Below are positions 27,693-43,216 of a DNA stretch of 64,000 bases, piece by piece. Within the stretch, counting starts at the first letter, position 1; each line of letters starts with the position of its first letter. Source of the DNA: Eledone cirrhosa (taxonomy: Eukaryota); NCBI GenBank assembly GCA_964016885.1, contig OZ024740.1, positions 80,724,001 to 80,788,000 on the forward strand. Direction: 5' to 3'. The notes beneath the pieces are model-generated. The model saw nothing but the letters and a program-made list of their open reading frames with translations, did no database searches and was not told where the DNA came from. Both the position numbers and the translations under genes were made by a program.

Positions 27693-28158
27693 AATTATGG
27701 TTCATAACTATTTTTACTCTACGAAAGGAGGAGTCGTTTGCATGGAGACGCCTTTCTAATGTCTTGAAATTATCTTCCCTTCTAATACAAATTCACTATT
27801 AATTATATTTGCACTCACCCGGTTATATTATTGGCGCGCTCACTCAAACACACACACATACACACTTACACACTTACACACTTACACACACATATATATG
27901 TAAGCATAACTGTGTATCATTTGATCAGAACTATATAGTCATACAGAAATTGATGGTTTATTTTGCCTAAATCTATTTATTACTTCATCGTTTCTATTGG
28001 AACGATAAATATTCATTTATTTGCCATTCAGACAATTAATACTTTATTAATATATTCTTGAAGACATATATACCGATATATATATATATATACTCTTTTA
28101 CTCTTTTACCTGTTGCAGCCATCCGGCTGAGGCCATGCTGGGGCACCATATATATATG

Positions 28159-28192
<34 letters not shown>

Positions 28193-28197
<5 letters not shown>

Positions 28198-28803
28198 CTG
28201 TCTGACCGGCAACCACTCTGTATAATCAGTTCCTGATTATTACTAGAATTCTATAAGAATCAAACATTCATGATTTTCAGCAAACAGGTGGAGTACTTGG
28301 CTCTGATATTTACCAATCAGTACGAAACAGAGCTCTGTCAGTTTTATCTCCCCTGTTTGCTGAAAATTTAAAGTAAGTGAGACTGCTACTACTCTAAAAC
28401 AATAGCGTAAGGTCTTCGAAATGCTTTTAATTAAGCATACAGTGTATTGCGAAATACACTATATATACATTCATATATATATCGCTATTTCAGAGCACCA
28501 ATTGTAATTTTCAATTTCTGCCTGACCGGCAACCGCTCTGTATAATCAGTTCCTGATTATTACTAGAATTCTATAAGAATCAAACATTCATGAATTTCAG
28601 CAAACAGGTGGAGTATTTGGCTTTGATAAGTACCAATCAGTACGAAACAGAGCTCTGTCAGCTTTATCTCCCCTGTTTGCTGAAAATATAAAGTAAGTGT
28701 GACTGTCACTACACTAAAACAATAGCGTAAGGTCTTCGAAATGCTTTTAATTAAGCATACAGTGTATTGCAAAATACACTATATATACATTCATATATAT
28801 ATA
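28193..28803 (+). repeat. Tandem pair of 320-bp non-coding monomers, each with a hammerhead (retrozyme-like)
   Basis: ctgaccggcaacc at 28202 and 28522; hammerheads at 28299-28343 (degenerate core) and 28619-28663. Confidence 0.8.
28619..28663 (+). ncRNA. Hammerhead with U3-A8 core and palindromic stem III
   Basis: ggct-TTGATAA-gtac caatca gtac-GAAA-cagagctct-GTC-agct. Confidence 0.75.
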
Positions 28804-29712
28804 ATATTAAGGATACTATTTATAGTTATGTATATTTTAAACTTTTTATAGTTATGTATATGTTAAAATATAAACAGGGAAGGTCAGTAATTTATTACTA
28901 CCTTATTACCAGTAAGATAAATAGCTCAATGTAATAATATCAGTTGTTCTACAGAGCAGTTATATAGAATTCACAAGAATCAAAGCTACGCTCAAAGCAT
29001 TTATTCACTTACAATTGTTTCATCCAAACCTAGGCTTGGTGTCTTCGGAGCATTTTTCAATGTTTGTACATATAATTGACTTCCTATCCAATGCAGGAGA
29101 CATACAGATACATATATATATATATATATTGATGTACAGTGGAGTGTCATATATTATACTATACTATATTTATACAGCAATTCAAATTTAAAACCAAAAT
29201 CAAAATTAAAATTAAAATTAAAATACATGCGGCAGATAACACAGATAATGTAAAGAGATAGTTTGATAATCAGATCTAGTAGATAGTGTATGCGTTAGTC
29301 ACACATGGAGCATGCAAGTGTGTCTCATTTATATACGATTATTGTGTGGCAAGGTGTTACATGTAATGAAAGCACTTTAAGCGGGTAAGCAAGAGTATTA
29401 TGGTGGTTGTAGTGGTGGGGTATTTTTTGTATAGATCAAAAATGTATGTGTGCAGAAAAATAAAAAGAAAAAGAAAAAGAAAAAGAAAAAGAAAAAGAAA
29501 AAGAAAGTTATAGTTTTCGCATCCACCACCATTTTCACATTCAGAAAAAGTAAGTGATAGTTTTTACATCCATCACATAAGCTAAATTTGAATTGCTGTA
29601 CAAATATAGTATAGTATAATATATGTCACTCCACTGTACATCAATATATATATCTATATGTATGTCTCCTGCTTTGGATAGGAAGTCAATTATATGTACA
29701 AACATTGAAAAA

Positions 29713-29759
29713 TGCTCCGAAGACACCAAGCCTAGGTTTGGATGAAACAATTGTAAGTG
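29713..29759 (+). ncRNA. Hammerhead with C3-C4 (U4C) core in the Naiad pLTR
   Basis: tgct-CCGAAGA-caccaagcc ta ggtttggat-GAAA-caatt-GTA-agtg. Confidence 0.62.
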
Positions 29760-30008
29760 AATAAATGCTTTGAACATAGCTTTGATTCTTGTGAATTCTA
29801 TATAACTGCTCTGTGGAACAACTGATGTTATTACATTGAGCTATTTATCATACTTGTAATAAGGTAGTAATAAATTACTGACCTTCCCTGTTTATATTTT
29901 AAAATATTCATAACTATAAAAAGTTAAAAATATACATAACTATAAATAGTATCCTTAATATTGTTAACTGCTCCATACTGTTGAGCTAACATACATTAAA
30001 TTACCAGT

Positions 30009-32400
30009 ATGCTGATCAAAGACCAACTTCCTATGTCAACTAAGAACATACCAATACCATCCAAAGATACATACGAAAAATTATTGATCAATAGTGTCAA
30101 CTCCTTTATCAATAGAGTGAGATGGAGGACATTGCATTATGATAAAAACAGATCTAACAAAATTGATGATACTAACAAATTCGACTCCTTCGGTTTTAAA
30201 ACTTTTAGAAGTCCCCCTCACAACACACTACTAAACTCCTTTGAAAATGACCTAATAAAACTAGTTAATAACATTAAATACAAAAAGCATCGTAATAGAA
30301 ACAACACCTACTTAAACTAACTTAACTCCTCTATTAATGGATTCAAAACAAGTAGTAAAATGATTGTGCACACGGACAAAACTAATAACATATATAGCCT
30401 GGATTATGATACATATAGAACATTTATATATAATGAACTACAGAGGATCTACAAGAAAACTACTATGAAAAACCTAGAAGATATTAATTAATTTGGAAGG
30501 CCGTAATATAGTGTCCAAACTGGAACTTCAGAGACATGCACAACCATAAAACCCGAACCCCGAAGATTTTCTCTGAAGGACCATAAGGAGGATTTCATTA
30601 GTAACCCTTCGATTAGACTAATCTGCCCTTCCAAGTCTGACATTGGCATTATCAGTAAAAAAAAATTAGATAAAATCATCCCACGGATTAAACACAAAAT
30701 ATACCTTAAACAGTGGGGAAATACGGGTGAAGTTATTGAATGGTTTAAGGATATCAAAGGACATCATCTACTCAAAAATTTATTCAGTTTGATATCAATT
30801 CATACTACACCTCTATTTCCCCTATCCTATTAAATAAGGCACTAATTATGGCCATGAACAATAGTGACCTGACTAGACCCCAGATTGATGTCATACTTGC
30901 GGCCCGTAAAACCGTAATCACATTTGAAGATCAGTTATGGACCCGCAAGGATACGCATAACAACTTTGACATAACCATGGGATCTAGTGACTCGGCGCAG
31001 TTCACTGATTTGGTGGGCCTATACCTACTAAACGAAATCCATAAGGACCTACCATACCTCAACGGTGGTTTGTACCGCGATGATGCACTACTCCTTATAG
31101 ACTATAACAAATTTAATACAGAAAGAACTAGGAAACTATTGCATAAGACTTTCAAAAACTATAACCTAAGTATCACCATAGACAAAAACACTAAAAACGT
31201 TAACTTCCTTGATGCCACCCTTTACTTAGACTCTAAAATATAAACACCAGTCCATACACCTAACGAAAAACTAATTTACGTAGATACCAAGTATAACCAC
31301 CCTAGATCAATATTAAACTCTATCTCTAAACGAATATCCAATAGAATCTCTAATCTATCTTATGACGAAACCATATTCAGCAAAAACTCACAATACTATA
31401 ATCAGGCATTAGGTAGATCAGGCGATAATAATGAGATCGAGTTTCTACCTATAAAAACACATAGTTACAGCATTATTTCTCACAATATGTCCCTGAGGAC
31501 ACACACTAATACGAAGGGTAGCAACAAACGTAACTCACACCAGAGAAGACACCAAAATACTATAAACGGAACACCTGAACAGATATAAAAAACAAAAATA
31601 GAAGAACTAATACATTTTTCAACCGCCCTTTCAATCTAAACGTCTCTACCAATCTACCTAAGGCTTTCTTCTCACTCCTGGATAACAACTTCCCACCTGG
31701 CCACAAGTACCATAGTCTTATAAATAAAAACACCATTAAAATCACCTACTCTACCACGCCTAACATAGCATACCACATTGCTAGTAGCAATAAAAGAAAG
31801 TTTAATACTTACTTTCAACAAACTAAAACACAGCAGGGGGTAAACTTTCAAAACAACGTAATATCTGCAAACCCTGATATCAATACTAATAATAGTAATA
31901 ACACTAATGAAATCAATAACATTGGGAGCGACAACCCCCATAGCCATAATGCAATACCTAGCAACCGGACTTCTACAAAATATAATAACCGACAGGTTAA
32001 CATCCAAAATAATTGTAACTGTAGATCTAACAGAACTTGCCCTTTATGTAAAAACTGCTTAATCAAGGACATCATCTACTCATGCTCGGTCAGAACTAGC
32101 AACTCTTCTGAAACCTAAATAGGCTCTACTTCGAACTGCTTCAAAACCAGATACAATTCACATCTCCATTCTTTCAAAAAACACACTTCACTATCTAGCT
32201 ACTTACACTATCTGAAAACTAGAAATAAATCATATACACTTCAATGGGAAATGATAGGTAAGGCGCCATCGTGCAGACCACCTAATACATTCTGTAACCT
32301 CTGTCTACTAGAGATCCATACTATAATCTTTTCGAACCTTAACCTCCTTAATAAAAAAAATCAGAAGTGTTTGCCAGCACCGCTTCCGGCACTCCTTCCA
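30009..32400 (+). pseudogene. Naiad-type PLE ORF (RT + thumb + GIY-YIG), several stops and frameshifts
   Basis: KNIPIPS..FINRVRW..FGFK..PP; DKTNNIY; LKDHK..RLICPSKS; FDITMGSSDSA..LYRDDAL; CNCRSNRTCPL; C.LCLLE. Confidence 0.92.
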
Positions 32401-33944
32401 AAACTGTAAACCCAATATATAACAATGTCAGACTTGAACCCATCACCGCTTCTAACACCACACCTCAAGGGCATACCTTACACTACTACACCACACTCTC
32501 TGATCCACCCTTCCCCCGACACAAATCATTCTATCTATGACTATATACCCTAGAAATATCCCCATCAACACCAACTTTTAATATAATTACTTTCAATTAT
32601 TTATAATTATATAGGGATAGAAATATAATACAGTCTATAGAAACTTTAAATACTAGATACGGCAGAGAATTATATATGCAATTGTAATTAAATGTATGGA
32701 GTAATAACATTAGATAAATATGGGATTAATTTATTAACATAAGGGATCTGTCTAACTTATATGTAGGGTGGTGCAATGGATTATATATGAATTATATATG
32801 CATGTATAACTTGATGGATGGATTAATGACATTGTAAATGAGGGATGTATTTGTCTACACAAGAGATGTATTTGATTTTGTCATGCAAACAGCCTTACGC
32901 TGCTCCATAACTTACCAGGGGTTATGTAGACAAAATTCTAATAGGTCCTCTGATATGTTTTGAAAGTAGACTGTATTTACAGTGAACTTTGATATAAAGA
33001 TATGGCACTTTGTATGGGAAATTCAATTATAGCACTATATAATAAAGAGTAATCAACTTCCTATAGATACCTTTAATACATTATGATAGAGTAGACTGTA
33101 TTTAAAATTGAAAATTAGATATAAATATATAACCTTTTATAAGGGACTCACTTGAGGCACCATATAATGTATGTTAGAACAATGAATTTAGTTATGAGAA
33201 TCAACTAGTTACCCCCCCCCCCCCCCCTTACGCATTTACTCCCCTTAATTACACACCTACTTCCGGGTAATAAACCACTGTAAATTCTCGCAGCAGAAAG
33301 AATGTATTCTATAAATATGGATTAAATAACACTGAGCCTCAATACGCTACAATAATTTAATGCATCAACCATTCAAAACGGAATCATCGTAACTTATGTG
33401 ATGGATGTAAAAACTATCACTTCCTTTTTCTGAATGTGAAAATGATGGTGGATGCGAAAACTGTAACTTTCTTTTTATTTTTATTTTTATTTTTCTGCAC
33501 ACATACTTTTTTGATCTATACAAAAAATACCCTACCACTACAACCACCATAATACTCTTTCTTACCCGCTTAAAGTGCTTGCATTACATGTAACACCTTG
33601 CCACACAATAATCGCATATACATGAGACACACTTGCATGCTCCATGTTTGACTAACGCATACACTATCTACTAGATCTGATTATCAAACTATCCCCTTAC
33701 ATTATCTGTGTTATCTGCCGCATGTATTTTAATTTTAATTTTAATTTTGATTTTAAATTTGAATTGCAGTACAAATATAGTATAGTATAATATATATCAA
33801 TATATATATAAGTATCTGTATGTCTCCTGCGTTGGATAGGAAGTCAATTATATGTACAAACATTGGAAAATGCTCCGAAGACACCAAGCTTAGGTTTGGA
33901 TGAAACAATTGTAAGTGAATATAGCTTTGATTCTTGTGAATTCT

Positions 33945-35444
33945 ATATATATATATATACTATAAAGCCGACGGCCGTATGTAGGTAACAAACTCTCCGC
34001 CAAACGGCTGGACCAAAAGCACCAAATTTGCACCATAGATGTAACTTTTTCCAAGTAAAAAAGTGAGCGTATTTTCGTCTACTGAATTTTGTTAAAAGAT
34101 TAAAGACATTATTTAAATATTCACTTCTTTGACATTTTCAAATGTCAACAGTTCCGGTTATACGACATTCCTAACGTCTTCACGAACCAAAGTATCATCT
34201 TCCTGATTTCTTTCGGTTGCAACGTTTTTCGAAATCTTTACTTCTGCGTTCACAGATTGATTTTTTTAGAAAACCCAGTTAGGGGTGAAAGCAGCGATTC
34301 GTTGCTTAAACTTCAATCTGCATACACAAAAACAAAATATAAACAAACGTATTTATTTCACGAAAGCACAGACAGCTTAGCGTCATTGATACTGCCGATA
34401 TGCCACCCAAAAGGTACTAGCCTGGCCGCAAGATCAGATTTTTCAGAAGAAAAAATGTTACTAGAGCAACAGAGAGACTAAGCTTCGCGATTACAATCAA
34501 CAAAGCTCAGGGTCAAACCCTAAAAGTGGCTGGCCATGGTCAATTGTATGTAGGATGCTCTAGTGTGAGCTCGCCAAACAATCTCTTCATCTTTGCTCCC
34601 GAGAGCCGAACAAAAACATATTGTATACCGTGTGGCTCTAACAATGTAATTTATGTATTTTCTGTTACTTGGAATTTCCATTATGGTTGTACAAATTATT
34701 GTAAAGTTTGTTAAAAAAGTTGTTCTCTGTTCAACCTTTATTGTTGTAACTATCAATTTTCTATAGCGTACTGGCTGAGAAAAGAAACCTTAAACTTTAC
34801 CCAAGCCAAATATTGTATTTATTAACATTTCTATCTGCAGGATCTTAGCAAGCTTACTGGCGCTTTAGTATGGTATTCAATTCTCATATCGTTTTTTATT
34901 GATATAGTGCTTATATCGCAGCTATTCATATGTTTTAAACATTAGATAACGATTGCTGATGTATATTGTACGACAGAATTAGCTGAAAAATATTTTGAAT
35001 GAACAAATAAAAGAGATGTAAAAGAGAGATGTTTGTTGGTTGGTTCCTTCGCGTATCACACGAAAAAACCGAAAAGTGACAATCGGAAAGTATGTACAGG
35101 ATTAGGATAAGAGTATATCCAGGAACGTTTATTGATACTAATTTTATAACACCAAAGAAGAAGAAAGACATACCACGTATGCTAACCAACCTGACTGCTA
35201 TTTCTAGCAGGTTGGGAATCAACCATAAGGGATTCTCTCTGCGAGTTCGTTGTCAGTGATGATCGTGTTTCGCGGCCTATGTCTCCAATTCCAACGGGGG
35301 TTTACACACATACACACTCACACACACACTCACACACACTCACACACGAACAATCACACAGACACAGACACATATACATAAATGTATATACACACACACG
35401 CTCACACACACTCACACACACATACCCACGAACACTCACACAGG

Positions 35445-35482
<38 letters not shown>

Positions 35483-35641
35483 CACAAGCACACACAAACA
35501 TGCACACACACACACTCACACACGCACACACACAATACACACACACTGTAAACAAGACAATGCATTCAATACAGACATTTTCTCTTCTGCAGGTTTTCTC
35601 TTATCATTTGTTAACCTTGGCGAAGCTGGGCACCTCAGCTA

Positions 35642-35642
<1 letters not shown>
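33945..35642 (+). mobile_element. Internally deleted non-autonomous Helitron
   Basis: Pif1 C-terminal remnant FAITINKAQGQTLKVAG..HGQLYVGCS (34480-34630); 3' end ccttggcgaagctggg..CTAG|T at 35615-35642; 5' end approximate. Confidence 0.72.
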
Positions 35643-35727
<85 letters not shown>

Positions 35728-36529
35728 ATATATATATATATATACTTACATTCACCCACACACTACACATGTATGTGCATAAGTGTCTGTGCTGGAGTGC
35801 GTGTATGTGTGTGGTTATGTGTTTATGTGTAGACGCTGATGATAATCTCTAGCGTTTCGCGTTCTTTTCCCATATGTGCGTCTACTTAGGCAAATTTCTG
35901 GTACTGCTGTCAAAATATACGGTTGTATTCATCCACAGCTGTCAAATTTCATAAGTTAGATTGATATCTCATGTCATGACAGATGTGTGCTTTTGCTTTG
36001 TAGATGTCTAACATTCGTTTCCAGTAAGTGTAATCTTCGTCAGTTGGGTCGTCTGATAGAATCATCTTGAACACTTTGGCATTCATTTAGAATAAAATTG
36101 TTTTAAACCAATTCGAACGAAGGCTCTTATTCAGACTTGTTCTGCCCGCCGTCTAACCTCCACAAGATCGGAACGTCAACAGCCCTTCTGAGAAAGGAGC
36201 CCTCCGAGGTGGGGTGGCTGTTGCAGCGGGTGTCGCTGGTCATTGTCTGCGAAATACCTTTGCAGTTTTGTCCATGGGGCCAACCTAATTTCAGAGCCTA
36301 GGTCCGGAGCCCATCGCCTCTCACCTTCCCACTTCTGAGGCCCTAGAGTCCGTGCTTTTGCTCCTTTATCCTTTCATTTATGGCATTTATAGTCCTTTCC
36401 TCTACTTTCCTTTACAGCCAGAGCTGCCCTTTTCCACGTTACTTAATTATGCTTTTATCTATCTTTCTTTTTCATATTTATGTAATCATCAATGGTCTTT
36501 AGGCCAACATTTTGAATCGACTATATATA

Positions 36530-36855
<326 letters not shown>

Positions 36856-39800
36856 TATATTGAAAGGATAACAAGGACGATTGATTACTCCTTCATTGCA
36901 TTTATTGATAGGTGACGCGCGTTTCGCCACTGATCAGCTCAAGGTTCGATCTATATCGATCTAGCCCGACTCTGTAATCAAGGTTCAATCTGTATCGATC
37001 CTACCCGACTTAATAATCGGCAGCTCGACGGACCCTCTCAAAATGCTATAAGAAAATGAACTACATGCTATGTGGTAAAGTCAGAGTTTCAAGAGTTTGA
37101 CAAAATGAGTTGTTTTGATTGGTGGGAAGGATCAAGGGGATGTACTGGCCTGTAGTAAATATTGGGGTGGATGTGATGGTGAGATGTTGGTGACGGTCGG
37201 TAGATGAGATGGGCTGTGGTGTGGTACCATACACACCCGCAACCCTATGTTCCCTACGACTACCCTAACCTACTACCCCACGCTAAATCCGACTCTGTAA
37301 ATCTACTGTCGCGCGCACACACAACCACCGCCACCACTAGATACATCCACATACTTCAACAATCATTAACATCATTAACATCATCAACAAATATCATCCC
37401 TCACTCCCAGATCGACTGTATTATATACGCCCCCCCCCCCCGTCTGCCTTACACTGTAACACACCGTAACTTCTGATCATGTAATCATCTTGTCGAACAT
37501 ATCACCCCAGCACCACCACCACCACCATGACCACAACACACATCGCCATACGTCCATAAACTCTTCTCCCCTGCGTTGCCTATGTCACCTTTTAACCTGT
37601 AACCCATCGCACTATTCGATCCTGTATATTTTTGTCGCTCACGACTCCACCACCACCACCATTACAAGACACAACTTCATACTTCATCAACACCGCCAAC
37701 ACATACCTCCACCCCCGACCCAACGCAAGTGTGTGTGTCTGTGTGTAAGTATTTTTTACATATACGGGAGTATAAATATGCGTGCGTGTACGAATATTTA
37801 TATATATATATGTGTGTGCACATAAATATATATATATATATCTGTTAGAACACGAAAAGTGTGAAACAACAGAATGTTCACTTTTCGTGTTCTAACATAT
37901 ATGCGTAGCTTCTTAAAAAATTTTTCGGGGATAGCCGTGGTGGTGGTGATCGTATGTCATTGGCTAATTTTCAACCAATCAGAGTACCTCTCTCTATATC
38001 TCTTCCACTGTTACTTACGCCTGTTTCTCTCTATCTGTTCCGTCTCTATATATATCTCTTACTCTTTCGCTTTGCACTCCTCCCCTTCAATACCATCTCT
38101 CCCCCTCTCTATATATTTGTTACTCTATCGCTGCACGCTCCTCTCCTTCAATATATCAATTACACACGCTTTACACTCCTTTATCCCCAGCGCCCCTATA
38201 TATACACCCCCCTCTCCCGCATCTATATTTTAATGTACCGTTGCACCGTGAATATATGTGTCTATATATATATATACATATATATTGTATATACACATTC
38301 ATGTATGTGTATACACACTCATGTATGTATATACACTGGTTTTATGTGTGTATTGTAAATTTGTACTGTTAAAACACGAAACTAACATTCGATTGACACT
38401 TTGATTACCTGTACAGGCAATAGTTATTAGAATGCTGTTGAAGTGTGTATATATTTTTGGGGGACATCCTGTATATACACACATTATATATAATACAATA
38501 AACAGATAAATACACACATATATATATGAGCTTATTTAATTATAAATATTGGGAATTTTTAACTCAGTTCAATTATATATATAAATGGTTTCTACAGGAC
38601 TAGAACTGTTTCATTCGAAAGAAATCATCATAATATTGAGAGGGGGGACTAGATAAAATATTTCAAATCAAATGTGTATAAGTTATAAGTTAAAATGTAT
38701 AAATAGAGTATGTGTGCGCGTATATGTGCATGTATGTGTATGTGTGTGTAGGTGTATGTGTGTGTATATATATGTGTGTGTATACGTGTGTGTGTGTGTA
38801 TATATGTGTATGTTTTGTATACGTGTGTGTGCATGTATGTGCCCATATCCGTATGTGTGTATTAATCTATGTATGTGTATGTATATATGTATAACACCTT
38901 CTCCATTGCCTCTCACCTTCCCTCCATCGTTGTCCTGCGCCACCCCCACCGATACTCCCCCACTCTCCATATTTGTGTCCGCATGCGCGCATGCACATAC
39001 ATGTGTGTATATATACATATGGCTGTGTATGCACGTGTGTCGATATGTGTGGGCGAGGGTGTGCGTATATCTTTTGTGTGTGTTTATACATCAATATATG
39101 TGCGCATATATACATATGTGTGTGTGTATACATATATACAACGTATTTGTTAGACGAAGACCGTCTAGCTATGTATCTCCGTAAGGACTTGACAACACCA
39201 ACACATCCACCACACCAGCACAAACGCCACCACCATAAACAAGAACACCACAACCACACCCCCACACACGCCAAACCGTCTACCGACAATCCACTAACCT
39301 CACACCACAGCCCATCCCAGTAAGCGACCATAACCACCATCATATCATCACATCCACCCCACATACTCTACAGGCCAAGGCCAACCCACCACCACCACAC
39401 CACAGCCCATCTCATCCACCGACCGTCACCAACATCTCACCATCACATCCACCCCCATATACACTACAGGCCACTACATCCCATTGATCCTTCCCACCAA
39501 TCAAAACAACTCATTTTGTAAAACTCTTGAAACTCTGACTTTACCACATAGCATGTATTTCATTTTCTTATAGCATTTTAAGAGGGTCCGTCGAGCTGCC
39601 GATTATTAAGTCGGGTAGGATCGATACAGATCGAACCTTGATCTGATCAGTGGCGAAACGCGCGCCACCTATCAATAAATGCAATGAAGGAGTAATCAAT
39701 CGTCCTTGTTATCCTTTCAATATATTACAATCTGTATAGCTCTACACCTCATCACAAAAGTGAACCTAAACATCGAGTGCTCTCCCGGTGAACCTGCAGT

Positions 39801-39864
39801 AACTCTTAGTTACACTCCCTGGATATTTAGCTCCTTTCTTTGTCGAGCGCTTACCTGGAACACC

Positions 39865-42345
39865 ATGGAATTGTTCTACAATACTTCCTCCCTAAATGAC
39901 ATTCCTATACCCTCGAAAGATGTCTACATGGACCTATTACTAAAGCAGACTAATAATTTCATCAGGAGGATCCGTTGGAGGGCCTACCACTACAACAACA
40001 GGAGGGCCCCTGGATCAATTGACAATCCCACCAACCACATAAAAAGACTTTTTAAATCAACGAAAAACCCACCGCACAACCCACTCGTAGAGGGGTTTGA
40101 GAGTAGGATCATTACCATGGTCCGGACAATTAGATTCAGGAAACATCGCGAAACCCTGACAGAAGTGCATTCCTGTCTGGGCTCGCCTCAACCTTAAAAA
40201 AGATCAAGAATAGCACAGGAATTATCGTACCAGCCGATAAAACAGGAAACCTATGCAATTTGGAGTACAAAACCTACAACAAATGCATTACAAACGAAAT
40301 CGCTAAAATATACAAAACATCAACACGAGAAAAACCTAGCACACATAAACAAACAGGCCAAAACAATAATGACCGAACTGACAGGCCCTATCCTTACAAC
40401 CCTAGGACACCGAGACTATTCTTTAAAGACCATAAACCGGACTTCCAGTTAAACCTACCGGTCAGGCTCATAGCCCCTTCCAAATCGGACCTAGGTAGAC
40501 TTAGCAAATCAATCATTGACCGAATTATACCTGAACTTAGAAATAGAACTAAACTCAGCCTATGGTCTTGTACAAAGGAGGTAATCGATTGTTTTTGTGC
40601 CATTGAAACTAAGTCGAATGTTCGATTAGTCCAATTGGACATTACGAACTACTACGCATCTATATCCCCAATCATCCTTAACAAGGCACTGATCTCAGCC
40701 ATGAACAGATCAAGCCTCATTAGAAAGGAAGTGGACATAATAATAACAGCTAGGAAAACTTTACTAGAATTCGACGGAAGTTTGTGGGAACGACAGAATA
40801 GACCAGATAGCTTCGACATCACTATGGGATCGACTTGCTCCGCACAGGTTACAGATATAGTAGGCATATACCTCCTTAATATATTAAAAGACGAGATCCC
40901 CTCCTTGGGCGGTGGCTTATACCGGGATGATGCCCTACTATTGACCCGTGGACTCAATAATAGCCAATTAAATAGACTACACAATCGACTTAGGTACAAC
41001 TTTAAGACCCAAGGTTTAGCAGTAGAAATTGAACCTAACAATATGACAGTTAACTATTTAGATGTCACCCTAGAATTAGACTCAGGCCTCTACCGTCCAT
41101 ACCACAAAATTAATGAAAATCTTAAATACGTCAACAGACACTCCAACCAACCGAAGAAGCATAATTAACTCAATAGTTAAAAGCGTCTCCTATAGAGTGT
41201 CCACCCTGTCGGCTAATGAAAACATCTTCAAGCAGCACGCGGAATACTACAACTCCGCACTTATAAACGCTGGTTATACTGAGAAGATTTCTTACATCGA
41301 CCCACATAGAACCGTAACACCACTAAACATAACCGGAACCTTAGAAACGAACATAGAAGAAATCTCCACACCTAGGACAAACAATAACCTAAGACCCTCC
41401 CTAGCCGGCAGTGCAGACAGCGCCACACTTGACTGTCTAGGAGATAAAGCCATACTCTCCAACCCCAATAACGACTCCGACTATCGCACACGTTTGCATA
41501 CTAATAGAGACAAAATACATAACGCCAATAGCTTACTTGGAACCACTATGACACATACGCCTGACCAAACCACACGCAAACTACCACCCAACCACAGAAA
41601 CCTCACTAAACACCGCAGAAACCGAAGTAGACCTGTCACATGGTATTCTATACACGTCGCCACTAACATACCGGGAACCTTCTTCAGGGCTCTCGAAAAT
41701 CTTTTCTACGCACACACAAATACCACAAGCTCTTCAATAGACACACCGTAACATTCTCTTTCTCCACAGCACCAAACCTAGGCCACACAATAGCACACAC
41801 TAATAGGGCAAACATACGGAAACACATGGTTTCCCACAACAAACCACCACCACAACCCAGAACGAAACCAGTCACACAACACAACACAACACAACAACCC
41901 AAACACCACACACACACCGCATAACACCAACCGCCAACGTGCCACCACACCGGTTACACCCAACTGCAACTGCAAAAAACGGGCCGAATGCCCACTAAAC
42001 GGGGAGTGCCTCGTTAAGAATATTGTTTACCGGTGTGATGTCACAGCCGGCAATAAGGAGTACTCATATATAGGTGCGACATCCACTACGTTTAAGGAGC
42101 GCTGGTATAACCACAGAAGCTCCTTCAAACATAGACTGAAACGACCCCAAACCAGACTGATCTGGGACCTCAAGGACAGGAATATTGAACCCCAGATTTC
42201 GTGGTCAGTGAAAAGACGCGTGACACATATCCCCAGAGACAGAAACCACTGCAGATTATGCCTGGCTGGGGAAATAAATAAATAAAAATCGGCCATAAAC
42301 TATAGGTCGGACATAATTGTCAATTGCCGACACACCAGGCTGAAC
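39865..42345 (+). pseudogene. Naiad-type PLE ORF (RT + thumb + GIY-YIG), frameshifted
   Basis: DIPIPSKD..FIRRIRWRA; ADKTGNL; FKDHKP..RLIAPSKS; QLDITNYY; FDITMGS..LYRDDAL..VNYLDVTL; CNCKKRAECPLNGECL..YIGATSTTFKERWYNH..CRLC. Confidence 0.92.
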
Positions 42346-43132
42346 ACCTTTTCCGCACAAACATTCGGGGGATGGCCACGCACTAACCATGACCCACCAT
42401 AATAATAACCACATCTGCCTCGTATCACCATCGCCCATCTCAACGAATTGATTAATTTTAATTTTAATTTAATTTTACTTTATGTTATTTTATTGTATTG
42501 CATGTAACCATCTGTAAGCCCGTATTTTGTATATCATGCCGCATACATCATCCCCACCAAAAATCACAATAACCATGACCCAGCATAATAATAACCACCT
42601 CTACCCCGTCTCACCATCGCCCATCTCAGCGAACTTATTTTATTGTACTGCATGTAACCATTTCTAAGCCCGTATTTTGTATATCATGCCGCATACATCA
42701 CCCCCACCAAAAAATCACATCACCATACAACCCTCATCCTTGCAACATTGTGTTAGATCGGTCTCCTATGATAGGTTTTACCTTACAATCCATAGTAAAA
42801 CGGGACCTTGTAAATACAATGTCGATCATATCACACCCTCGCCACCACCACCATGACCACAACACACATCGCCATACGTCCATAAACTCTTCCTCCCACC
42901 GTTCCCTATGTCACCTTTTAACCTGTAACCCATCGCACTATTCGATCCTGTATATTTTTGTCGCTCACAACTCCACCACCACCACCGCAAGACACAACTC
43001 CATACTTCATCAACACCGCCAACACATAACTCCACCCCCGAAAAACGCAAGTGTGTTTGTCTGTGTGTAAGTATTTTTTACATATATGGGCGTATAAATA
43101 TGCGTGCGTGTACGCATATTTATATGTATATG

Positions 43133-43208
<76 letters not shown>

Positions 43209-43216
<8 letters not shown>

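Larger units (their letters stand above)
28803..33945 (+). mobile_element. Near full-length Naiad-type PLE: inverted 3' segment (28803-29581), 5' pLTR (29582-about 29990), ORF, 3' UTR, 3' pLTR (33755-33945)
   Basis: Direct repeat 29582-29795 vs 33755-33945; inverted copy of the 3' UTR and pLTR upstream; hammerheads at 29006-29052 (-), 29713-29759 and 33871-33917. Confidence 0.92.
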
